Shown: piece after piece, positions 54,356 to 64,000 of the stretch | Position numbering within the stretch: position 1 is the stretch's first letter | How the letters are laid out: every line of letters starts with the position of its first letter | Assembly: GCF_006345805.1 (NCBI RefSeq) | Contig: NC_043013.1 | Span: 25,792,001-25,856,000, forward strand | Origin: Octopus sinensis | Lineage: Eukaryota | Reading direction: 5' to 3' | DNA: 64,000 nucleotides | Program-made: the position numbers and the translations under genes | Notes under the pieces: model-generated | What the model saw: the letters and a program-made list of their open reading frames with translations, nothing else | Told to the model about the DNA's origin: nothing | Database searches by the model: none

Positions 54356-54406
<51 letters not shown>

Positions 54407-54422
54407 TATATATATATATATC

Positions 54423-54454
<32 letters not shown>

Positions 54455-55724
54455 CGTACATAGGATGGGCAACCACATAGTTTCCATCAACCAAATTCCC
54501 TCACAAAGAATTGGAGGTGACAGTAAAAGACACTTTTCCAATGGTGCGGTGCACTGGAACTGAATCGGAAACCGCCGGTTTGCAAAACAAGTTCCTTAAC
54601 CACAGAGTCATACCTGGAAACTTACCAGAACCTGATTATAGCAAATTCTGTTAACTTAAAGCTCTGTTCGTCAGCAATTTTTATTGACTGTTGTTCAGTT
54701 CCAAGGTGGGGACCTGATTGAGCAGTAGTGGCTTTCCAGCCATGGTAATCCTAACTTTTATGGATATGTAGAATTTCATTATCCAATATGTTGTAACCCT
54801 CTGTCGGATTGTTATAACGCCTCTCCCATCTAACAGTATAGTTAGACAAATAAGACCAAGACTATTTATGACCGTCTACTTCGTACCTTCTACCCATACT
54901 GTCATTAACTGACAGTATTAGTAATGACTAGTACATACTACTCGTCACGTGGGAGGGGTGTTCTATTGTTACTATTGTCCCCATAAGACAATATGACCTT
55001 TCTTCCTTTAAGAAGTAGTATGTGCGATTTGTGGACAATTTTGGCTGTTATTTATAACAGGTCGACCATATAGAGTCTCCCACTTGGTTTGCCGTTTAAC
55101 AGAAGGGCGAAAAGAAGATTAATATCTTCCAATTCTCCAGCTGTCAACCAACTCAAAGATTGGAGATATTCTTTGTCTATAAGTGTGCGTGGGTGAATGT
55201 GTACAAGTAGATATGTATTTGTATGCGAGTGTGTGTGTGTGTGTGTGTGTGTGCGTGCGTGTGTGCGAATGTGTGTGAGTGAATTACAGAGAGGGAAAGA
55301 GAATGAGAGAGAGAAGAAGAGGGAGAGAGAGAGCGCGTAAGAGTCGAGAGTGAAAACAAAAATGTGGGGGAGACAAAGAGAGAGAGAGAGAGAAAAGAAA
55401 GTCAGTGAGAGAGAGAGACAAAAAAGAAAAGGAGAGAGAAAGAGAGAAGGAGAGTGACACAGAGAGAAAAACAGTAATGTATTATATTTTAGAGTTGCTT
55501 GTCTGGTATTCATTGCATTTATTAGAAGATTGTCCGCCATATTGCCAACAACAGTGTATCTAGTTGGCCATGTCGTGTTGCATGATAAAGCTTTTCCATT
55601 GTCCTACGTCGGACGGAGAAGAAGGATGTCTCGTATTACAACAACTAATAAATATTTCATTGATGAGAAGTTTATGTAACACACACTCACATAGTGATAC
55701 CCCACAGTAAATGTTTTGTCACCT

Positions 55725-57022
55725 GGGTAGGCCAGGATATTAGGAAAATTTCCGTGTTTTTAATAATCTATTGCAAAACACTGGTGCAGTGCAACAGTAT
55801 TCCTGTCGAGAAGTTCTTTTTTAATATAAAATATACTCTCCTTCATTTTCTACAATGCTCTTTTATCTATCAGGTAGACTTGAATGGCCCCAAAATTCAC
55901 TTGTCCGTGACGAAAAAATACTCCTCCAGTACTGTTCTGCCTCGTCTACAGAATTCATATTTTTTCCGTCGAAATGATTTGGAAGACTGTGAAATAAATG
56001 ATAATCAGATGGGGCAAAGTCCGGCGAATATGGTGGATGGGGCATCGTTTTCCATTCAAAATGCTCCAGCCTTTGGAATGTCATCCTCGCTGTATGTGGC
56101 CGAGCATTATCCTGATGGAAGAACACCTTTCGTCTTGAAACCAAAAATGGACGTTTTTTTTCTAGCGCTGACTTAAGTAGCTCAAGCTACTCGCAGTAGA
56201 TCTCCTTTATTATCGTTTGGTTTGAGTTTAAAAGTTCAAAGCGGATTAAACACTTCATATCCCACCAAATAGATAACAGCACCTTATGTGGGTGAAGACC
56301 TTCTTTAGCCTGGGGTGCCAGTGTTTCTCCTTTTCCGACCCACTGTCTTCGGCTCGTGACATTTCTACAGAGAGCCCATTTCTCGTCACCAGTCACTATT
56401 CGGTCCAAAAAAGGTTAATTTATGAGACGTGACAACAAAGAAGAGCACACATTCACTCTCTGCACACGATTAGACTCAGGAAGTTTATGACGAACCCATC
56501 CACCCAATTTGCTGCCTTTTCCGATGGCCCGAAGGTGTCGATGAATGGTTGAATGACCAAATCCAAGCTTCTCTGCTAGTTCCTCAACAGTTACGATGGG
56601 ATTTCGTTCCACCAGGTTGTGCAGGACGTCCTCGTCAAACTCTACAGATCTTCCAGGACGAGGCACGTCTTCTAGGCTGTAATTTCCGGTTCGGAATTTC
56701 TGGAACCATCGTTGACACTGGGTTACGCTTACTGTCCGATCCCCATATACTACATTAATATTCCTCGCACTTTCCGTAGCGTTGTTGCCTTTACTGAACT
56801 CAAAGCAAAATATGCCGAATATGCTCCTTTGTCATTTCTATTATAGCTTTGAAAACATAACTGTTAAAATCGAATTGCACTCTTCAAAATTTGCATTAAG
56901 AATAAGTACAAGGTAAAATTACTACCTGCTTTTATAGTAAGTTGATGCAGGTAGTTTATTCCGTCCCTTCCGAGTTTTAATACAAGCAATCGAAAAACCG
57001 CATTATTCCTGGGATGACCCAA
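55725..57022 (-). mobile_element. Second mariner transposon, degraded (ATG at 56835 on minus)
   Basis: MTKEHIRHILL..WFQKFRTG..LEDVPRPGRS; DRIVTGDEKW; HQDNARPH; HPPYSPDFAPSDYHLF; 5' TIR TTGGGTCATCCCAGGAATAATGCG next to TA; left boundary approximate. Confidence 0.88.
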
Positions 57023-57035
57023 TATATATATATAT

Positions 57036-57084
<49 letters not shown>

Positions 57085-57131
57085 TGTAGGTATGTATGTA
57101 TACATATACATATATATATATGTATGTATGT

Positions 57132-57184
<53 letters not shown>

Positions 57185-57186
<2 letters not shown>

Positions 57187-57800
57187 AAACTTAGATAACT
57201 TAGATGTTTCGACCAAACATTGGTCCACGCCATGTCTAACTTAATAGCACCACCTGATAGGATTATCTAAATCCTTTTTAAGTCAAGTTTTGTTTATGGT
57301 CCATTCAACCAGGGAGTTCTTGTTGAGTGAGTTGTATCCAGGTTTAGGTGGTTTATCTGGTATTCATAGAAGAAATTTGTCCAGATTCCGTTTAAAGGTT
57401 AAGGGATCCTTTTCCTCTTTGATCAGTTTTGGGACAATGTTAAACTGGGCAGGGCCTGCTGAGGAAAAGAAATTGTGTTGCAGTATATTTGTCTGTTGTG
57501 ATCCTGAATTGGGTAGGGGACGTGGTCCTAGCCTTGGATGAATTTTGAAGCTAATGCTGAGGTCGTTTGGACAATGCTGGTGGAATATTCTCCACATCGT
57601 GCAAATGTTATATCATTCACGGTGGTGCTGGAGGGAATAATGTTTTAATAATGCTTTAAGCCAGTGTCAATAATCGAGATCAGTCATGCCCTTAATTCTT
57701 TTAGTGAATGACCTCTGGGGTGATTCAATTTTCGAAATGTTTTGTTTGAATGGGAGCACAGGAAGCAGCAGTATTCAAGGTGTAGCCATAGAAAGGAGGA
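57185..57800 (-). mobile_element. CR1/L2-clade LINE 3' fragment; same tail also at ~53350-53525
   Basis: HNFFSSAGPAQFNIVPKLIKEEKDPLTFKRNLDKFL then IPDKPP; tail ends in short CTAAGTT(TT) repeats. Confidence 0.7.
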
Positions 57801-58117
57801 GAGAAGAGGAATTATGACATCTTATTCTCTGGCCCAGAAGGTTCTTAGGATCCAGGAGCTCATCCTACGAGCTATATCGACTTTATTGTTGATGTAGACA
57901 CTCTAGTGGATATTGTCAACAATTACTACTAGGTAGTGGTTCCCACTCAAATTTTCCCTCTTTTAGTTGCATTTTGTTTTTGTCTTCCTATTGACTCACG
58001 GCATGGAGATCAGGCTGGAGTCCAGCTCGGTTTTCTTCTCCATTTATAATTTTCCGGAGCTTGGAGTCACAACCGAATATTTTCAGTTTGCTGTTTTTGT
58101 ATATGTATATGCATATG

Positions 58118-58181
<64 letters not shown>

Positions 58182-58357
58182 CATACATACATATATGAAA
58201 TATATATATATACTCTTTTATTTGTTCAGTCATTTGACTGCGGCCATGCTGGAGTACCACCTTTAGTCGAACAAATCGATCCCAGGACTTATTCTTTGTA
58301 AGCTTAGTACGGGGACGTAAACGCACCAACATCGGTTGTCAAGCAATGTTGGGAGAA

Positions 58358-58413
<56 letters not shown>

Positions 58414-58695
58414 AGACAAGTTTCTTTCAGTTTCCGTCTACCAAATCCACTCACAAGGCTTTGGTCGGCCCGAAGCTATAGTAGAAGACACTTGCCCAAG
58501 ATGCCACACAGTGGGACTGAACCCGGAACCATGTGGTTGGGAAGTAAGCTACTTACCACACAGTCACTCCTGCGCCTAAAAGGAAAGGATGAAAGGCAAA
58601 GTCGACTTCGACGGAATTCGAACACAGAACGTAGCGATGGCTGAACTACCGCTAAGCATTTCGTCCAGCGTGCTAATGATTCTGCCAGTTCGCCG

Positions 58696-58786
<91 letters not shown>

Positions 58787-58787
58787 A

Positions 58788-58820
<33 letters not shown>

Positions 58821-59055
58821 GTATATATATATATATACCTGAAGGATTAACATTAATCAAAGGACATGCTAAGTATGTCTACCTAAGTATGTCTACAGTC
58901 AAAACTATAGATAATAACAGCGTCAATTATTCTTTCGTGAATTATTTGCTCCGTATTGAAACTATATATATATAGCGGTGGTGCCCCAGCATGGCCGCGG
59001 CCTTCGGGCTAAAACATTTTTAAGGATTTTAAGGATTTATATATATATATATGTA

Positions 59056-59110
<55 letters not shown>

Positions 59111-59303
59111 ATATCGCCGTGATTGACCGCTAGCTACTAAAGCTTTCATTTTTATTCTCATTCTGTTTATTTTCTCGTGTTCCTTTCAGTTGAAGAGCGT
59201 AGACTGGAAACGTAAAAGACTTTCTCACCTTCCCGAGCGTTAAACTAATACACCTGTTTGTTGTTTACACACCTGTCTTCGTCTTTTGTTTTTTGTAAAT
59301 TCC

Positions 59304-59346
<43 letters not shown>

Positions 59347-59429
59347 TATAATATATATACATAATATGAGATGTTTTGGTATCGAGAAGACCCAAAAGGC
59401 AGGTAAGGCTATGTAAGTGCTACGGAACG

Positions 59430-60030
59430 ACTGCTGTTAAGTTCCCGGTTCAATAATAGAATGAATGAGGAGTCTAAGGCAGGTCGTGTGTGAGCCTGTA
59501 TATGTTAAATAATATGGGCTCTACTGAGGGACTGGCCTGCAAACCCTCTGCAACCCATTATACTTTGCCTGCCACCCCTTGTTTTGACATAATTCCATCA
59601 CCTCTGCATATTCCATTCTCTTCTCATTTGTCTTCTCGTTGCTGTCCTCCGATGAATGGAGTGTTGAATAGAAGCACCTATGCGACGCTTCCAAGATCAA
59701 TACTATGACTAGCCATGGCAATGTTCAGGCAACAGTTTCTGGAAATTTCTGCTCGTTCTCCATGTCGACTTTCCGCCTTGTGCTGTTAATAGTTGGCCTG
59801 GAGAGGAAGGGGCAACAGCTGGCGTCTTCTTCACACCAGCTTTGACAAAAGCGCCTGCACCGACTAATTCAGAAATATATGATGTCTACTATGGCCTTCA
59901 GGATTTGGTCGTGCCTCCAGCGGTGGAATCCCTCTCCAAGAACTTTTGGACAACCCTTGAAGATGTGTTCCAGGGTCCGTTAAATAACCCAGTCAGTGAT
60001 TATATTATAAACATCTTTCTTTTGTAAACA
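59430..60030 (-). mobile_element. 3' fragment of a HERO/NeSL-like RLE non-LTR retrotransposon
   Basis: Minus translation TLEHIFKGCPKVLGEGFHRWRHDQILKAI (end of CCHC knuckle plus RHD motif), then a decayed RLE region ...MEYAEVMELCQNKGWQAK. Confidence 0.75.
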
Positions 60031-60781
60031 GCCAACGAAATAAAACATGTCCATCGACAAATACAAATCGTATGTTAAAGGTTAAGAGTTTGTGAGTATG
60101 TTTCATTTATTATACACGCAGCTAGACTGCACAACGGTGGTCTCCTACAATAAAACACACACCAACAATCTCTCACGTAGCAATGGCGACCAATCTCCCA
60201 CTCAACATTAGCAGCCAAGCATCATCCATGACACTAACATTTCATTTCTTGATCTGTTTTGTAAATCTGATCAACCAAGCCTAACGTGAGACGGCTATCC
60301 TCTAACAAGATGAGGCAATCATCAGGTACGCATAAATGTATGTATATATAAGTATACAGTAATCTCTCGACTATCACCGGTGTTACGTTCCAAGACCCCC
60401 GACGATAATTGAAAATCTGTAAAGTAGAAACTGTACTGTACTAAATAATTTTTTTTTAATAATTTGTATATATTTATTTTATTATAAATGCAAAACAACA
60501 TCACAGAGGAATCTGTCATGCTGGATCTCTCTGAGGACTACATGGAGTGTATGCGTTTCTGCGAAGTGCTCAACGTTAATTTCACGAGCTGACTATTCCG
60601 ACGAAGTATGCATGTATGTAAGTATCGATCGTATATCGTATAGCCCAGGATTCAATACATTGTAAACGCATAATCGATATTGCTTTTATTAACCAGGTGA
60701 TGTCTTACGTAAGTATTGTTTTTTTTCAATACATTCTCTAAACAATTGCACTGTTGCGAAGCATCGTCTCAACTGATCGAT

Positions 60782-60864
<83 letters not shown>

Positions 60865-61801
60865 CACACAAATACATACATACATTCACACAAACTCACA
60901 CACATACATACACTTAAACACATATACACATACATTTACGCAGATTCATACACGCACACACTCATGCACACACTTATACACTCACGCACACGCACACACA
61001 CACACATACACTCCTACACACACTCTCATATAGATACCTCCATCCATTCGACCAATCATGTGAAGATCCATTCGACCAATCATACTCATGGAAAAGCTGT
61101 TGGTTATATATATTTTAGCGCGTTGATCGATGTATAGCAGTCTGAGAATTGTTCATCATGGCTGCCTTGCAACTCTTCCGGCCATTTTCATTGTTAATCC
61201 ATCAAATAGGCGCAGGTGTGGCTGCATAGTAAAAAGACTGCTTACCAATCACATGGGTCTGGTTTCAGTCCCACTGCGTGGCGCCTTGCGAAAATGTCTT
61301 CTACGATCAAAGTCCAGCGAGTACATTTGAATGATGAAAACTGAAAGAAACCTATCGTATACACATACACACACACACACACACACAAAACCTATCGTAT
61401 ACACGCACACACACACATATAGAACTTGAAATCATGGTCCAAATATATCCAATTCTTCATTCTATAGGTTTGTTTTCCGATGATTCTGATAATTGATACT
61501 AGCACGATTTCTATTGGTCTGTTGTATATTCCAGTGTAATTCGGTTGTTTTTTTTTGAGGATTTAGCCTCTCTTTCCAGCAAGTTGGTGCATTGTGTACC
61601 ATCTAATTTAATTATAGTTGTGTGCGTGTGTATCTTTGTGTCTGTCCCTGTCACCGCTTGACAACCGGTATTGGTGTGTTTACGCCCCCATAACTTAACA
61701 GTTCGGCAAAAGAGACCGAGAGAATAAGTACCAGGTTTTAAAGAAATGAGGAGAGGGACAAATGATACACAAAGACACATGCATACATGCACTTCAACAC
61801 T

Positions 61802-61842
<41 letters not shown>

Positions 61843-62404
61843 GACAGGCTTTCAGTTTCCGTCCACCAAATCCGCTCACAGGGTTTTGGTCGGCCCGAGA
61901 CTATAGCAGAAGACTCTTGCCCAAGGTGTAACGCAGTGGGACTGAACCCGCGACCATGTGGTTGGGAAGTAAGCTTCTTAGCACACAGTCACACTTGTAT
62001 TGATTCAAGAATGACAAGCACCAAGTTGTTCCCTCCAGGATTTGAACACAGAATGTAAAAACATGTAAAGAAATACAGGAAAGAAATCTTGAAGCATGAA
62101 AGAAAGGGTCTTTCTACAAACTTTCATGAACAAAGTATTTTTTCCTCATCAAAGCAAAACAAAAATTACGAATATAATTAGCAGTGTATCTCGCTCTTGG
62201 TTTGTCCGTCCTCCTGAAACGTGCATCAAAAGTGAAAAAAAAAACTGCTATACTACTTCAACTATGCTTGAATATCAGGAAATACTGACAAGGCGTTAAG
62301 TTAGCTATGCTATGCAACTTTCACTATATCTGTATTTAGCGAAAACAGTTACAATACTAATGTAGTTATGTACAAAATAAATTTAAGTGTCTATGTATAG
62401 AATT

Positions 62405-62720
62405 GTGAGGAGGCGCAATGACCCAGTAGTTAGGGCAGCGGACTCGCGGTCGGAGGATCGCGGTTTCGATTCCCAGACCGGGCGTTGTGTGTGTTTATTG
62501 GGCGAAAACACCTAAAGCTCCACGAGGCTCCGGCAGGGGTGGTGGCGACCCCTGTTGTACTCTTTCGCCCCAAATTTCTCTCACTCTTTCTTCCTGTACC
62601 TCGAGTAACGCTACGATGGACTAGTGTCCCGTTCAGCTGGGGAGAACACATACGCCACAGAAACCGGGAAACCGGGCCCATGAGCCTGGCTAGGTTTGAA
62701 ATGGGCGCATAAATAAATAA
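62405..62720 (+). mobile_element. SINE family C copy followed by (CCAT)n/(CTAT)n microsatellites to ~63005
   Basis: Head identical in layout to 7415; microsatellites read directly. Confidence 0.8.
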
Positions 62721-62938
62721 AATGTATAACATTGTCCATCCATCCATCCATCCATCCATCCATCCATCCATCCATCCATCCATCCATCCATCCATCCATC
62801 CATCCATCCATCCATCCATCCATCCATCCATCCATCCATCCATCCATCCATCCATCCATCCATCCATCCATCTCTCTCTCTATCTATCGCGCTCTCTCTA
62901 TCTATCACTCTCTCTCTCTTTCTTTCTCTCTCTCTATA

Positions 62939-62978
<40 letters not shown>

Positions 62979-63263
62979 GCTCTCTCTCTCTCTCTCTTTC
63001 TATCTATCAATATATTTCACAGTATATGTATGTGTGTGTGTGCACGTGTGTGTAATATTTGCATTTATATTCATAAAAACACACACGCACATACACACGC
63101 AGAAACACAAACACACACACGCACACACATGTATGCATATTTTATTCAGTGATGAAAAGCGTGTATTTTACTCAACTAATCCCTTTGAATTAAGTTTGCT
63201 CTCTATCTAGCTACAACTATCCGTGTGTGTACGTGTATGGACATGAAAAGATATGTGTGCAAG

Positions 63264-63306
<43 letters not shown>

Positions 63307-63360
63307 TCATATATGTGTGTGCATATATGTGTATGTATGTGCATATATATATATACATAT

Positions 63361-64000
63361 ATCGTGACGTATATTTGCCATTTGAATATGGCTAACCCCT
63401 AAGGGTGGATGCTACTGTAGTTTGTAGCCCCAGGAGGACACCTCCTCCAGCTGGCTATAGACACACTTTCTGTGCCTTATCAGTATTTGCGAAGGGAAGC
63501 CATCCTTCCCGTCTTCAACTTATGATACACACGGACTCGAGTTTCAGGGTATTGATCCGTCATCGGCGTGTGACAATCATAGTTGTCGATGAGAAGTCGG
63601 TTCCCTTCACAAATACATATACTTTCTCCAGTATCGATTGACACTGATATTGAAAAAGTGAAATCAAACAATGATAAATCTCAGAGCGAGTTATAAACAG
63701 TAGCAGCAACACATCGTGACGTATATTTGCCATTTGAATATGGCTAACCCCTAAGGGTGGATGCTACTGTAGTTTGTAGCCCCAGGAGGACACCTCCTCC
63801 AGCTGGCTACAGACACACTTTCTGTGCCCTATCAGTATTTGCGAAGGGAAGCCATCCTTCCCGTCTTCAACTTATGATACACACGGACTCGAGTTTCAGG
63901 GTATTGACCCGTCAGGCACAGAAAGTGTGTCTATAGCCAGCTGGAGGAGGTGTCCTCCTGGGGCTACAAACTACAGTAGCATCCACCCTTAGGGGTTAGC
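63361..64000. mobile_element. PLE-like terminal repeat or retrozyme: 352-bp unit x 1.57 then inversion at ~63914, runs off the window
   Basis: ATCGTGACG at 63361 and 63713; 63914-64000 is the reverse complement of ~63388-63476; left end abuts (TA)n. Confidence 0.8.
63528..63572 (-). ncRNA. Type I hammerhead ribozyme, CCGAUGA core variant
   Basis: Minus strand CACACG-CCGATGA-CGGA-tcaata-CCCT-GAA-ACTCGAGT-C-CGTGTG; second copy (63880-63914, stem II CGGG/CCCT) is truncated by the inversion. Confidence 0.68.

Overview
Repeat-saturated, AT-rich animal DNA with no recognisable host protein-coding gene. The SINE families and microsatellite load look like an octopus (cephalopod) genome; this is inferred from recalled repeat families, not from a search. 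The content is microsatellites, three tRNA-derived SINE families, two decayed mariner transposons, 3' fragments of CR1/L2-type, R4/Dong-type and HERO/NeSL-type LINEs, and many Penelope-like element (PLE) fragments. The standout is a 4.36-kb array (26934-31291) of about 7.9 copies of a ~552-bp non-coding unit. It is arranged as two head-to-head arms and sits inside the (TA)n tract of one SINE. Each full-length unit carries a type I hammerhead ribozyme (CUGAUGA...GAAACGUACGUA, 8 copies, 7 with an intact core) with an extended stem I and a palindromic stem III. This is the layout of a retrozyme-like or PLE terminal-repeat-derived element that could be processed into unit-length (possibly circular) RNAs. 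About a dozen further hammerhead or hammerhead-like motifs from other repeat families occur in the window. Most keep a self-complementary stem III of differing sequence, and they include a compensated U3-A8 core variant and a CCGAUGA core variant. All folds were done by eye and no activity is demonstrated.
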